64,000 nucleotides of DNA from an uncultured delta proteobacterium (GTDB taxonomy: Bacteria > Desulfobacterota > Binatia > UBA9968): positions 128,001 to 192,000 of the forward strand of contig CAVXEP010000002.1 of NCBI GenBank assembly GCA_963760795.1. The letters run 5' to 3'. Position 1 is the first letter of the stretch. The number at the start of each line of letters is the position of its first letter. A model generated the notes under the pieces. That model searched no databases and had not been told where the DNA came from. It was given only the letters and a program-made list of their open reading frames with translations. The translations under genes were made by a program, and so were the position numbers. Shown one piece after another: positions 1-10,660 of the stretch.

Positions 1-848
1 TCGCCTATCGAAAGATCGCCCGTCAAAACGCGCCGAGCACCCAGCCACAAAATGGTGGCAGTTCCAGCAGCGATCGTTAAGTTTACCACCGCATAATAGA
101 AATTTTGTAGGTTATATAAGCGCAATTCGGCTGCCAGGCTCTCCGTGCTGGCCTGGAGAAAGCGCCGCTCCTCGTCTTCTTCCTTTGTAAAAGCCTGGAT
201 CACGCGGATTCCCGATAGGGTTCGCTGAACCACAGAATAAACCGTGCTTCCCTTCTGACGAGCATCAGTTGCGGCCGAAGAGATTTTTTTATTCAAAAGC
301 GCTATTGCACAGAAGAGCGCTGGACACACGGCCATAGCCAGAAGTGTCAGATACCAATCGACCCAAAGCATGACTAGCAACATTCCGGTCAAGAGAACTG
401 AAGCAGAGAGGATGGCAAAAAGTCCGTTCATCGTGAGCGTCTGGATTCCCATTGTATCGGCGGTAATGCGATACATAAGATCGCCGATTTGCTGTCGGCG
501 GTGGAAAGACAGGGAGAGGCGTTGAATATGGCTATAGAGGTCGCGACGAAGATCGTTGACCATGCTTTGGCCAATTCGGATAGTCGTGAAATCGTTGAGC
601 AGTCGCAGCCCTCCTAAAAGCAGATAAACAACAACCAAGCCAATGCAAGCCCCCACGAGAAGGCTCTCGGAAGACCAGCCAGGAGCCAATCCCCAGGGCA
701 CAGGACTGCCGCTCAGGACATTGTCAATAATGATTTTAAGCGGCCAGGGCTTTAGCAGCTCCAGCGCGCTGATGAAGAAAAGCTGACCCAGAGCGACACT
801 GAAGGTTAGCCAATAAGGTTTCAGATAAGAACGAACGGTGCGTTTCAT
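1..848 (-). CDS. ABC exporter, fused permease/ATPase (MsbA/NdvA-like), N-terminal transmembrane domain; runs off the window edge
   Basis: Manual translation from ATG 848: MKRTVRSYLKPYW...LLKPWPLKIIIDNV...HIQRLSLSFHRRQQIGDLMYRITAD...LSGIRVIQAF, typical ABC-membrane domain; GAGGAG 9 nt upstream. Confidence 0.85.
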   Translation of the reverse strand, partial: MKRTVRSYLKPYWLTFSVALGQLFFISALELLKPWPLKIIIDNVLSGSPVPWGLAPGWSSESLLVGACIGLVVVYLLLGGLRLLNDFTTIRIGQSMVNDLRRDLYSHIQRLSLSFHRRQQIGDLMYRITADTMGIQTLTMNGLFAILSASVLLTGMLLVMLWVDWYLTLLAMAVCPALFCAIALLNKKISSAATDARQKGSTVYSVVQRTLSGIRVIQAFTKEEDEERRFLQASTESLAAELRLYNLQNFYYAVVNLTIAAGTATILWLGARRVLTGDLSIG

Positions 849-861
849 CAGCGGCATCTCC

Positions 862-3456
862 TCACGACGCTTCTTCCGGTGATTTTTCGACCGGCACGAA
901 GTCCAACTTGTGCGCAACGGATTCGAGAACGTGATAGAGGATGTGTCCGAGGCGAAACTTCTGATAGATTATGGCGCTGGCGTGAGCCCACCCGATAAAA
1001 GCGGTCGCGGCGGCGATCTTCGGCAATGCCAGAGCGACGGCGATACCGGCTACGACTAGATAGAAGTAAAGAAACGTAATCGAGATTCGCGACATCCGAA
1101 GCGCGCAGCGGACTCTGAGGACTCGTTTACTGCCACCGTGGTTTTCCGTCGCTGTTTTGATTTGGGCTTTGGCCCAAGGCCCCTGGCAAATTTCCAAATC
1201 CCACTGGCTCCAGCCCTGGTCCATGGCAATGAGATATTTGCGCGGCAAGAGGAACTCCATCATGGAATGGAGCAAACTCTCTTTTTCCTGTCCTTCCTCG
1301 TTCCAGTAGGACAAATAGAACGCGCGCTCATGCCATTGAATTCGCGGATCCTGCGTCGGCCCGTTAAGGTCGACCGGCTTGACTTCACGCAACCTGCGCA
1401 GGCGCCAGCGGTAGCGCTCGAATGTTCGGATCGGCGGTCCCAAGTAGATCAGAGAAGCGATCAGAAGAGTGGCCGGCAAGCCACGGAATTGCGGAGTGAT
1501 GCGGGCCTTGATCGCGCTTGCCAGGCAGCGACTGACCGTGAGGAGGAACGGAATCGCTCCGAGCACGAACCATCCGCCAAAAAGAAACGCGCACGCCAGC
1601 AGCACAATGGAAAGCACGTTCCATTCGAGCGTGAGTGGCAGGCAGGAAAGCACAGAGGGAGGGGGTTGATAGAGGGTTTGAAAAAGGCCACGGCCGAAAA
1701 CTCCCGAATAGATTCTCGGTTGACGGCTGGACAGATAAGAAGACAGGTCGCCATAAATTCTGCCGAACCAGCGCGATTGCCCGAGCACATTAAACCGGCA
1801 CGGATGTTTAAAGAAGAGGAGAGTTTCAGCTTTGCCGTAGCCGCGCTGCTGCTTTAAGTAATCGCGAACCGTGTTGCGGCGAAAGTGCCAGACTACTGCG
1901 GCCGGACTAAAGCCGATCTTGTAACCCTTGTTCTGAAGCCGCCAGCACAGATCGACATCATCGCCGGCGGCGCGAAAAATCGGATCAAATCCGTTGATCG
2001 CATCCAAGGCTTCGCGGCGAAACGCCATATTGCAGCCCGGGATATGCTCGGCCTCTTCATCGTCCAACAAAACGTGAGCCGGAGCCCCCGGCGAGACCGC
2101 GACGCAAGATGCGACGAATGAATCGTCAGGCGGCGACAGATTCGGCCCACCGACGGCGGCAAACTCAGATGCCTGGAACCGGGCCACGAGATGGGTGAGC
2201 CAATCCTCATCGGCAACGCAATCGGCGTCCGTAAATGCGATAATTTCGCCGCGCGCGGCGTCGATACCGACGTTGCGCGCAGCGCTCAAACCCTGATTTT
2301 CTTGGTTAATAAGGCGAATGTGGTCGTAGCTCTCGGCAACTTGCAGCGTACCATCGGTTGAGCCGTCATTGACGACAACAACTTCGTAATTGGGGTAATT
2401 GAGTTTCTCCAGCGAAGCGAGACAATCATTGATCGTTCGCTCGCCATTATACACGCAAACGATAACCGAGACCTTGGGATAGGCGCGAAGAGGCGGCGGC
2501 AGCACACCGCCATAGAATTGTTTCACCGAAAAAAACGCGGGCTTCTTGCGACGGCTGCGATCGACCAAGCCAAAGGCCCAGTCGTTGACCTGAAACCCGC
2601 CATCTCCTGAGGCGTACCAATCGTCAGTCCAAGAAAAGATCACCGTGCCGGCTACGCCGGTCTCAAAACAGGCGCGAACTTGCCAACCAAGAGTTTCCGC
2701 TTGAAACGCGTTTCCTTGGCGAATCGAATCGATACCAATCTCGGTAAGAATGAGCGGCCGATCGCCCGCCAAGTTGTGAAGGTGCGACAGGTAACGACGG
2801 AAGTCGCTCTCCCGGTGTAGATAAACGTTGAAGGCCAGAAAGTCGGCAAAATCCGTTTGGAGGTATTCAGTGGAAGGAAAATTAGCGTAGCTTACGAAGG
2901 CTTCAGGATCGACGCTTTTGACGCAATCCATCAATTCACCAAGAAAGGTGCGTACCTTGTTGCCGCCGTACCAACGGACGATTTCCGGTGGAATTTCGTT
3001 GCCGACCAAATAAGCGAAGACCGCGGCGTGACGAGCGCATGAGGCCACGTCGCGTGCGACGCTTGCGCGAATGTCCGCTTGAGTTCGACGAGAATCGAGG
3101 AAAGATATGTGCTGAGCCCACGGAATGCCGACGATGACCCTGAGATCGTACAAGTAGGCCAGATCGAGGAGCCAATTTGGCGGTGGTGTGAAGGTTCGAA
3201 TGCAATTGACGCCAAGCTCGCTCATCGCCGCAAAATCTGTTTCGACAAGATCAGAATCCGGGAACGGTACCCCCGCCTGAGTGGGCGCAAAGGGCCCGTA
3301 TGTAACTCCCTTCAAGAAAAACTTTTGATTATTTTGAAAGAAATACCGGCCCCGCAGGGAAAGTCTCTCTCTTGAAGTCTTGCGTGGGCGAGAAAATTTT
3401 GCGACTGAAGGAATCGACCTGTTTTGGGTGAATTCCCCTTCTGTCAAATACATCAC
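862..3456 (-). CDS. Fusion of clan GH-A (GH2-like) TIM barrel, GT2 glycosyltransferase and C-terminal membrane region
   Basis: GVTYGPF, VGNEIP (acid/base), LTEIG (nucleophile); GT2 motifs VVNDGSTD, FTDADC, GDDVD, QQRGY; hydrophobic C-terminal helices. Confidence 0.85.
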   Translation of the reverse strand: MMYLTEGEFTQNRSIPSVAKFSRPRKTSRERLSLRGRYFFQNNQKFFLKGVTYGPFAPTQAGVPFPDSDLVETDFAAMSELGVNCIRTFTPPPNWLLDLAYLYDLRVIVGIPWAQHISFLDSRRTQADIRASVARDVASCARHAAVFAYLVGNEIPPEIVRWYGGNKVRTFLGELMDCVKSVDPEAFVSYANFPSTEYLQTDFADFLAFNVYLHRESDFRRYLSHLHNLAGDRPLILTEIGIDSIRQGNAFQAETLGWQVRACFETGVAGTVIFSWTDDWYASGDGGFQVNDWAFGLVDRSRRKKPAFFSVKQFYGGVLPPPLRAYPKVSVIVCVYNGERTINDCLASLEKLNYPNYEVVVVNDGSTDGTLQVAESYDHIRLINQENQGLSAARNVGIDAARGEIIAFTDADCVADEDWLTHLVARFQASEFAAVGGPNLSPPDDSFVASCVAVSPGAPAHVLLDDEEAEHIPGCNMAFRREALDAINGFDPIFRAAGDDVDLCWRLQNKGYKIGFSPAAVVWHFRRNTVRDYLKQQRGYGKAETLLFFKHPCRFNVLGQSRWFGRIYGDLSSYLSSRQPRIYSGVFGRGLFQTLYQPPPSVLSCLPLTLEWNVLSIVLLACAFLFGGWFVLGAIPFLLTVSRCLASAIKARITPQFRGLPATLLIASLIYLGPPIRTFERYRWRLRRLREVKPVDLNGPTQDPRIQWHERAFYLSYWNEEGQEKESLLHSMMEFLLPRKYLIAMDQGWSQWDLEICQGPWAKAQIKTATENHGGSKRVLRVRCALRMSRISITFLYFYLVVAGIAVALALPKIAAATAFIGWAHASAIIYQKFRLGHILYHVLESVAHKLDFVPVEKSPEEAS

Positions 3457-3496
3457 ATCCCCCAGTCTAAAATGGCTTGAATGTCGCTAGGACTCC

Positions 3497-3511
3497 GCAA
3501 CAATGGTGCCA
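3497..3511 (-). promoter_or_regulatory. sigma54 (-24/-12) promoter for the GH/GT2-ABC operon
   Basis: Minus strand TGGCAC-CATTG-TTGC matches TGGCAC-N5-TTGC, about 40 nt upstream of the start codon. Confidence 0.7.
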
Positions 3512-3985
3512 TGCTCCCTAGAATCTATTTTATCGTGATATTACGGGCGTTTGATTCGATCGAGATAGTAGACAATGTGTTTTCTGAAGGCTTTATCCTG
3601 CTCTGAGTGTGGAGGAATTCCTGCTCGCTGGCGGCATGAATAACGTCGGGCTGATCGGCTCACCTTCACAAAGAGCCGATCGCCGTAGCAAGCAATGGAA
3701 TAATGAAAACAGATTAAAAGAAAAAAGCGCGGGGGTTTATTGTTGCGGCTCGGAATTGAATCGGGAACAGGCTAGTGCCTCATAGTGATGCAATCTTATC
3801 CAACAACGCCGTAACTTATGTTTTACGTCGAACAAGCAGGCAAGGAACGTCAACCAACACCGGGTGGTCTTTTGCTACACGAGCGGAGCCTATTTGTCCA
3901 GAATCAATTGCGCAACGTGACCGCCACGGACAGCGAAGAATGAGGCGACTCAATAGTCATGGGTGACGCCAATCGCCGTCCCCAC

Positions 3986-4450
3986 CTACCGCGCCTTCAC
4001 CGCCCGTTTCCCATGACTATCCTGGGGCACGCCGCGCGCCAGCGACATATGTGAATGCACGCCGAGCCAGCGCCCGTCCGATTGCCGCACCAGCACGATT
4101 GTCGCGCGTCCCGGCCGTTCAAAAGACGCTCCGTTCGCATGGAAGCCGGTGCTAGTCCAGGGCGCGATCGCGACCGCTAGCACGCCGTCTGGGGAAATCA
4201 TGACCATGGTGCTTGCCAGATCGAAGCGGAACTCCGCAGTGCGCGGCCAAACGTTAGCCCACTGCTTCTCGGTCCAGCCTGACAGGCTTTTCACCAGCTC
4301 TTGGTAAGTGCCAAAGATGACGATGTCGGGGTGCCAAAAGGGGCGGGCCGCCGCGTAATCCACCTCCCGGACACAGACAGCGAAGCGATCAAGCCAATCG
4401 CGGACCTCTACCGCGGTCGCGGCATCGGCCTCTGGTAGCGGAAAGTTCAT
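3986..4450 (-). CDS. SnoaL/NTF2-like family protein
   Basis: 154 aa with NTF2-like pattern (WLDRFA...VDY...GRATIVL...WLGVHSHMS). Confidence 0.75.
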   Translation of the reverse strand: MNFPLPEADAATAVEVRDWLDRFAVCVREVDYAAARPFWHPDIVIFGTYQELVKSLSGWTEKQWANVWPRTAEFRFDLASTMVMISPDGVLAVAIAPWTSTGFHANGASFERPGRATIVLVRQSDGRWLGVHSHMSLARGVPQDSHGKRAVKAR

Positions 4451-4544
4451 CTTACGCCGTGCAAATAATACGTCCTGTCACAATTCTGTATAAATTTATT
4501 GCCGCGATCCCATTGTCTTTTCAGCACGAAGAAAACGAGAGCCA

Positions 4545-4646
4545 AGAGGCGAGTTTCAAACCCGCCTACAACTTCGATTCTTTTGCGCTCTTTGCGTTCT
4601 ATGCGGCCATTCTCCTTTTCGCTTGCCGCTTCACCGCGCGGGATCT
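4545..4646. repeat. Composite REP-like element (GGCG.GTTTCAAACCCGCC palindrome plus TTTGCG 9-mer triplet), copy A
   Basis: Near-identical to 6378-6455 and 22418-22489. Confidence 0.7.
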
Positions 4647-4658
4647 TTCCGGCGAATA

Positions 4659-5711
4659 CTATTGTGCAAGCATTTTCTTCGCGCGCTCGATGACCTCCGG
4701 CGGGGAATCGAAGATTTCTTTGACCAGCGCTTCAAGATCTTCTCCGGAGGTCGTCTCGACGTCCATCCGGCCCTTTTTCGCTTCGGCCAACGCCTCGGGA
4801 TCGCTCATGGTCTTGAGAAAGGCCTCGCGCAAAATTTTCACTCGGTCGGCTGGCGTTCCCGGCGTCACCATGATCGGCCGGCCAAAATCTCCCGAGGCCA
4901 GTAGAATTTGCGCGACACGGCGGCTATTGGCCGGGACTTTATACTGCTCGAAGATCTCGTTAAGTGTCGGCGTGTCCGCTGCGCTTGAATCGCGCTTGCG
5001 CGCAGTCTGGACGAGATGGCGGTCAAAATTCTTCTTATGCCACGAGTCGAAGGGCTCGCGGCCGAAATGCGCCGATAAACTATGGGCGCGGCAAATCACC
5101 TCGCCCTTTTCCACCGCGATATCGATCTCGCTGCCGCCGGCGTATCCCAACACGCTGTTGAACTTCGCGCCGACCGTGTCTTCGAGAATTTTCGATAGAA
5201 TGTAATCTGTGCTGGCCGTCCCTGTGCTGCCGCATTTGGGCGCTTCCTTAGCCTTGATCACATCCGCGATGGATTTGTAGGGCGCATCGGCGCGCATGTA
5301 GAAGATATTCGATTCGATCGCCGGAGAGCCGATGAAATGAAACTTGCGCAAATCATATTGCGCCTCGGCGCGGCCGACGAACTGGTCGACGTAGATACCG
5401 TTGAGAGGCATACCCAGGGTGAGACCGTCCGGCTTGGCCACTTTGTACACGTGGTTGGCGGCGATCACCGAGCCGGCACCCGCCATGATCTGCACGATCA
5501 TCTCCGGCTGTCCGGGAATATGCTTGACCATATGTCGGGCAAGGAGGCGAGCCCAACGGTCGTAGAACCCGCCGGCCGTCGAGCCGACGACGATGCGAAT
5601 CGTTTTGCCCTTGTAGAACGGTTCGGCTTGGGAGCGGAGTTCCGGCACGACGCCGGCAAGAAAACTGGTCAGGGAGAGAATCGACACCAACCCAATGTTG
5701 AGTTTTTTCAT
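4659..5711 (-). CDS. Tripartite tricarboxylate transporter substrate-binding protein (Bug/TctC family)
   Basis: Signal peptide; FYKGKTIRIVVG, GGFYD, AGAGSVIAAN, PDGLT, PGTPADRV. Confidence 0.9.
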   Translation of the reverse strand: MKKLNIGLVSILSLTSFLAGVVPELRSQAEPFYKGKTIRIVVGSTAGGFYDRWARLLARHMVKHIPGQPEMIVQIMAGAGSVIAANHVYKVAKPDGLTLGMPLNGIYVDQFVGRAEAQYDLRKFHFIGSPAIESNIFYMRADAPYKSIADVIKAKEAPKCGSTGTASTDYILSKILEDTVGAKFNSVLGYAGGSEIDIAVEKGEVICRAHSLSAHFGREPFDSWHKKNFDRHLVQTARKRDSSAADTPTLNEIFEQYKVPANSRRVAQILLASGDFGRPIMVTPGTPADRVKILREAFLKTMSDPEALAEAKKGRMDVETTSGEDLEALVKEIFDSPPEVIERAKKMLAQ

Positions 5712-5841
5712 GACGGTCTCCTTTCGCTGGCCCGATCATTAAAGTGGTTAACGTCAGCCGACCCCGAGAGCAATCGTCAATCGAATTGGCCCCTTAGTAT
5801 CGCAGCCAATCTGGTTTGTCCATGATCAAGTCTTGCGCAAA

Positions 5842-6297
5842 TCAGGACTCCCCATTGAACGCGATAGTCGTCGCGCCGGTGGGATCAGAAAGACTGGCGA
5901 TGATTTCCGCCGGCACGGCTTGGGCTTTGATCTCTCCCGCACGCTCGGGATGGGGCGCGACCCAAACGCGCTTCTCAAAGCCATCGAGCGCGAGCTCGCC
6001 TGCTTTGACAATCCGATGGCGCACCGTGAAGCTCGAACGGCCCCACTCGCCCACTTCGCTTTCGACGACGATCTCGTCGTCGAAGCGGCAAGGCATGAGG
6101 AAACGCGCTCCAACCTCGACCACCGGCATGCCGACGATGCGGTATTTCTTGCGCATTGCCGAAGGCGTCAAGCCGGTGCGCTCGAAGAGCCAGCCCGTGC
6201 TGCTGTCGAAGATGATCAAATACTGCGGATAAAATACGATGCCGGCTGGATCGCACTGGCCCCACTCGATGCGCAGGGTGCGGCGGTTCACTAGCAT
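5842..6297 (-). CDS. Acyl-CoA thioesterase (4-hydroxybenzoyl-CoA thioesterase-like, hotdog fold)
   Basis: IEWGQCDPAGIVFYPQY motif. Confidence 0.88.
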   Translation of the reverse strand: MLVNRRTLRIEWGQCDPAGIVFYPQYLIIFDSSTGWLFERTGLTPSAMRKKYRIVGMPVVEVGARFLMPCRFDDEIVVESEVGEWGRSSFTVRHRIVKAGELALDGFEKRVWVAPHPERAGEIKAQAVPAEIIASLSDPTGATTIAFNGES

Positions 6298-6377
6298 TGC
6301 CTAGCCCATTTCATATCAGTGAAGCGAACTTTCATTCTCGCGCCTAGCCTGGCCAAGTCCTGAATTCCCAACGAACC

Positions 6378-6455
6378 ACGAGGGCGGTTTTCAAACCCGC
6401 CTTTACAAGTCCCAATCCTTATTTTTCGAACTTTGCGTTCTTTGCGGCCATTCTT
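6378..6455. repeat. Composite REP-like element, copy B
   Basis: GAGGGCGGTTTTCAAACCCGCC...CTTTGCGTTCTTTGCGGCCATTCT. Confidence 0.7.
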
Positions 6456-6466
6456 TGTTTCAGCGC

Positions 6467-8182
6467 TTACGCCGAACAAATAATATTGATAACGGCCTGG
6501 CGTTTTTCGACATTCACCGCTTTGAGGCCGCGCTCGAGGGCCGGTATCACGTCACTCGCCTCGGTGACTTTTTCGCCGTAACCGTCGGCGACCTCCACCG
6601 CTTTTTGGTAATTCGAGATACTGTCTAGGAAAGTGATCGGCTGCTTTTGGCTCTTGGCGGCGTAGCCCTCCTTGGTCATGTCGACGGTGGCGCGGCGCAC
6701 CGCTTGCCAGCGCTGGTTGTTGAACAGCACGGTCAACACCGGCAGTTCCTGCTCGGCGCCGACATAGTGGGCCGAGATCGGATTGCCGAACATGTAGGAG
6801 CCGTCGCCGTGGGTGCCGATCACCAACCGGTCGCGGGCGGCGAGCTTGGCGCCGAGCGCGCAGCCCAAGCCGTGGCCGAGCCCGGAGGCGGCGCCGGCGT
6901 TGAACATGGTCCCCGGTTGGGAGAAGTCAATATACTCCGGCGCCAGGGGCGACTCTTTGATGACGATGGTGTCTTTGGTTTTGATCTCATCGATGCAGTG
7001 GGTGATCCAGGCGGGGTGGATCGGCGACTGGCCTTTGACCTCGGCGAGTTTTTTGCTCCAGCCGTCGCGCAGCGCTTGCCAGCTCAGCGCCAGCGCCGCC
7101 CGGCGCTTGTCGATGCGCAGCTTCGCCCGCGCTTCATGCTCGGCCATGGATTCGTTGAGCACGCGCAATCCCTCGGCGGTGGCGCAGGCGAGCGCGATGT
7201 CGCAGGGATGGCCGCGCACCGGCACGTAGCCGTGCAGCGGATCGGCGCCCATGTGAATGACTTTCGCGTCGTCGCGCACTTTGTCGGTGGCCGGCAACCA
7301 GGGCACGGCGATATCGATGGCGAGGATTACGTCGGCGCTTTGCAACAGCGGTTTTAGCTCGTAGCCCAAATTCATCGGATGGTTGCTGGCTATCGACATG
7401 TAACGGTTGCGATACTGGATCACCGGGATCGCGTAACGTTCGGCGAACTCGCCGAGCGCGGTCCACGCCTTGGGATCCCGGCCGGCGCAATTGGTGATGA
7501 TCAGGGGATTTTCCGCGGCGGCCAAGAGCGCCGCCACTTCTTCGACGGCATCGCCATTGGGAGAAGCCGGCGCAGCGGCATGTTGGCGCGACGGCGTCGT
7601 GTAAGTGAACTCGCTCATCTTATGCGCCAGCACCTCGCGCGGCAGCGATAGATAGACCGGCCCCATGGGCTCGCTCTTGGCGATGCTCAGCGCCCGGTCG
7701 ACCACGGTTTCCAATTGCTGGCCGTTGCGCAGCTCATAGTCCCACTTCACCGACTCGCGCAGCATGCCGGCCTGATCGAACATCTCCTGGGTCCAGTGGA
7801 TGTCCAGGCTGCGGTGTCCGTCCAAGCCGTCTTCGTTGGTCGGCGTGCGCCCGGCGGTAAACAGCATCGGCACATGGCCGCGGGCGGCGTTGAGCAAGCC
7901 GTTCATGCCGTTGGCGGTGCCGACGTTGACGTGGACCATGACCGCCTGCGGTTTACCGGTGACGAGATAGTAACCGATGGCCATGTGCATGGCGGTATTC
8001 TCGTGGGGACAGGTGATCGCCGTCGGCACCCGGGTTTCCAACACCTGCGCCTTGGCCAGCGATTCGACCACCGGCGCGAAATCGGTTCCGGCGTTGGCGA
8101 ACCAGTAATCGATGCCGCGATCGGCGAGCAACGCCAAGTAGGCATCGGAGACGGTAACGTTGTTCAGCGTAATCTTTGCCAT
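6467..8182 (-). CDS. Thiamine pyrophosphate-dependent enzyme (acetolactate synthase large subunit / decarboxylase-like)
   Basis: FANAGTDF, PHENTA (catalytic Glu), GDGSY...FNN TPP-binding motif. Confidence 0.9.
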   Translation of the reverse strand: MAKITLNNVTVSDAYLALLADRGIDYWFANAGTDFAPVVESLAKAQVLETRVPTAITCPHENTAMHMAIGYYLVTGKPQAVMVHVNVGTANGMNGLLNAARGHVPMLFTAGRTPTNEDGLDGHRSLDIHWTQEMFDQAGMLRESVKWDYELRNGQQLETVVDRALSIAKSEPMGPVYLSLPREVLAHKMSEFTYTTPSRQHAAAPASPNGDAVEEVAALLAAAENPLIITNCAGRDPKAWTALGEFAERYAIPVIQYRNRYMSIASNHPMNLGYELKPLLQSADVILAIDIAVPWLPATDKVRDDAKVIHMGADPLHGYVPVRGHPCDIALACATAEGLRVLNESMAEHEARAKLRIDKRRAALALSWQALRDGWSKKLAEVKGQSPIHPAWITHCIDEIKTKDTIVIKESPLAPEYIDFSQPGTMFNAGAASGLGHGLGCALGAKLAARDRLVIGTHGDGSYMFGNPISAHYVGAEQELPVLTVLFNNQRWQAVRRATVDMTKEGYAAKSQKQPITFLDSISNYQKAVEVADGYGEKVTEASDVIPALERGLKAVNVEKRQAVINIICSA

Positions 8183-8387
8183 GAGCTAAGCCCCTTTCCG
8201 GAAATCCTGCTAATTCTTACGGCAGGTGGTGGTCGATTTGCAAAGCTTTTTTTGACGCAAGCAGATTTTTTGGCGAAAACGATAGCGTTGATGGAAGACC
8301 ATGAAAAAGCGACGGAGCCTTCACCGCGTAAAGACTCCGTCGCTCAGCTGTCCGCGGTCTAATTCGCGGAGATTCAATGCCGCCTGG

Positions 8388-10553
8388 TTATTTCGCCAGC
8401 GGATTGGGCCGCAACTGAAATTGCACGGCCATCGGCTTGGCCCCTTTGCCGGTCTCTTTGAACCATGGCACGCGGTCGCCGGTTGCGCTCCACAGTCCGC
8501 GTCCCTTCCAGCCGGCTTTGGGATCGTCGATGCGGCCATCGAATCCTTTGGCGTAAAATCCCAGCGGATAGGGCACGCGCAAGGTGATCATCTTGCCGTC
8601 TTTATAGGCGATCAGGCCGTCGTTTAGATTTCCTGTAGACATCGGCACATCGTCGCCGAGTCCGAAAGTATTATGCTGGTCGACCCAGGTGTAATAACTC
8701 GACTCGGCGCTATTGTCGCCGAGACCCTTGAAGCCAGGACCGGGATATTGATGGAAAGCCCAGCCTTCGGGACAATGATCGCCGGTGGCCTTCGGCCCGT
8801 TGAGCGGACCTTTGCACTTGCGCCGATCGAAGCTACCAAGTGACCGCTCGCCAGCGACACCCAGACGACGCCTTGCTTGTCGATGTCGCCGCCGCGCGGC
8901 CCGAATCCGGGCAGCGGAACGTTGTAGATTTCCGTCAGCGCGGTCTCGTTGGGATTGCTGCCGGGCATCGAGCCGCACCACCGCACCGGGATTGGTGCGC
9001 CAAGTACCCCAGACGGAACCGTCCACCGGATTCGGCATCACAGCGTAAAAACCGGCGACGATGCGCTTATCTTTCTTCGGATCGACCGGCTGCGTCGGCT
9101 CGACATATTCGTCGCGCTTGCCGTTGCCGTTGGTATCGAGAACCATCGGCGTCCAACCCTGCGACTTCACATGATCGCCGGTCTCTTCCCAGATCTTAGT
9201 GTTGATCCAACCAATCACCGAACCACCGCCGCTGGTCCAGAGCGTTTCATTGGCGTCGTAACCGAACTGCAAATGGTGCGTCTGAAAACAGGTGTCGAAG
9301 TAGGTGTACTGCCCGGTCTTGGGATCGAGCATCGTCACATGGCGGTTGGTGCGCTCGATTGGAAAGACCTTCGCCGACGGATGGTCCGAGCCTTTCTTGC
9401 AATAGTCCGGATTGGGCGCACCGCGCACCGTCGCCGCGAACCACACCCGTCCTTTGCGATCGAACATGGCGTTGTGATTGTTCGCCTTGGTGTCCCACAG
9501 CTTCTCGTTACCCCAATAGGGCGACGGCTGCATGGGTCTTTCGCTCGCCGCATGTCCCGGCCCCAGCGCCTCCGGCGTGTTGGCGTCCCGTACTGGCAAC
9601 ACTAGAGTCGTCGCCGTATGGGTTTTCGGATCTAGGACCGGAATCAGGTCGGTGCTGTACTCGGCGGAGCCGTACAGCGGACCATAAGCGTTGACCGTCG
9701 GATAACGGCGGTCGGAAGCGATCAGATCATGGAGATATTTTTTCTCGTTGAGCCAGTCCCATGTCGTCACGACGATGTTGCGCTCCACCCCTTGCGGCCG
9801 CAGCGGTTTAGTATGGGGCAGCTCGCCCTTGGCGACCCGATCGGTCCAGTCCGCGAAATATTCCATCGGCGCGGCGCCAAGCTGAGTGACCAGGGTGTTG
9901 AACATTGACTCGCCCGATTGGCCGGATTGGATGCGGCGGAACCAAGCTTCCACGGAGTTGCTGAACTTGCCCATCGGGTAAGGAACGTTGCTCGGGAAGG
10001 TGCGCGTCGCGATCTGGCCCATCTGGTGACAGCCGACGCAGCCGTTGCTCTTCATCGAGTTGAGCCATTCGGTCTGGGTGATCTTGGCGGGAATGTTACT
10101 CTTGCCGCCGAATTCGCTCTTGTCCGGAATCTTCATCATCGCATACCAATGGATCGCCGGATAAATCTGCGCCGCGGCCGCTTCGTTGGGCGCCACGACA
10201 GCTTTCAAATTAAGAAGCTTGCCAGGCGCGCTTTTCACTTTGGGCGAATCAACCAAGCCGTAACCGCGCACCCAAATGCTGTAACTGGCCTTGGGCAAAT
10301 CCGGCAGCACATAGCGCCCGCCATCGTCGGTCACGACCATTCGGGCGAATCGTGTCGGCAAATCGTTGGTTTCCGCGATCACCCACACTCCCGCTTCCGG
10401 CCCTTTGGCGCTCGTCACCACGCCGCCGATGTCGTCATTATCGATTTGTACGGTGACGCTTTGTTGGCTGCTCAGCTGCACCGGATAGGCACACAGCAAT
10501 GCCGCCAGACCTACCGCCAGAAAACTAAAGTTCGATAACTTCTTTGCTATCAT
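8388..10553 (-). CDS. Secreted carboxypeptidase-regulatory-like / monoheme cytochrome c / beta-propeller protein, paralog 1; two compensating frameshifts at about 8845 and 8965
   Basis: Signal peptide; DDIGGVV..GPEAGVWVIAET; CVGCH; YLHD, NHNAM, THHL; the homologous segment (PGSNPNETALTEIYNVP...GHL) lies in alternate frame 8624..8986. Confidence 0.85.
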   Translation of the reverse strand: MIAKKLSNFSFLAVGLAALLCAYPVQLSSQQSVTVQIDNDDIGGVVTSAKGPEAGVWVIAETNDLPTRFARMVVTDDGGRYVLPDLPKASYSIWVRGYGLVDSPKVKSAPGKLLNLKAVVAPNEAAAAQIYPAIHWYAMMKIPDKSEFGGKSNIPAKITQTEWLNSMKSNGCVGCHQMGQIATRTFPSNVPYPMGKFSNSVEAWFRRIQSGQSGESMFNTLVTQLGAAPMEYFADWTDRVAKGELPHTKPLRPQGVERNIVVTTWDWLNEKKYLHDLIASDRRYPTVNAYGPLYGSAEYSTDLIPVLDPKTHTATTLVLPVRDANTPEALGPGHAASERPMQPSPYWGNEKLWDTKANNHNAMFDRKGRVWFAATVRGAPNPDYCKKGSDHPSAKVFPIERTNRHVTMLDPKTGQYTYFDTCFQTHHLQFGYDANETLWTSGGGSVIGWINTKIWEETGDHVKSQGWTPMVLDTNGNGKRDEYVEPTQPVDPKKDKRIVAGFYAVMPNPVDGSVWGTWRTNPGAVVRLDARQQSQRDRADGNLQRSAARIRAARRRHRQARRRLGVAGERSLGSFDRRKCKGPLNGPKATGDHCPEGWAFHQYPGPGFKGLGDNSAESSYYTWVDQHNTFGLGDDVPMSTGNLNDGLIAYKDGKMITLRVPYPLGFYAKGFDGRIDDPKAGWKGRGLWSATGDRVPWFKETGKGAKPMAVQFQLRPNPLAK

Positions 10554-10660
10554 GTCGTTCTCCTTAGACTCCTATGACTCCATTCGTCTACCTGCGACTC
10601 TTTTTACCTCGAAGCATATCGATTCGCCAGAGAATCGTGCGCGAATTGTAACATCCTACA

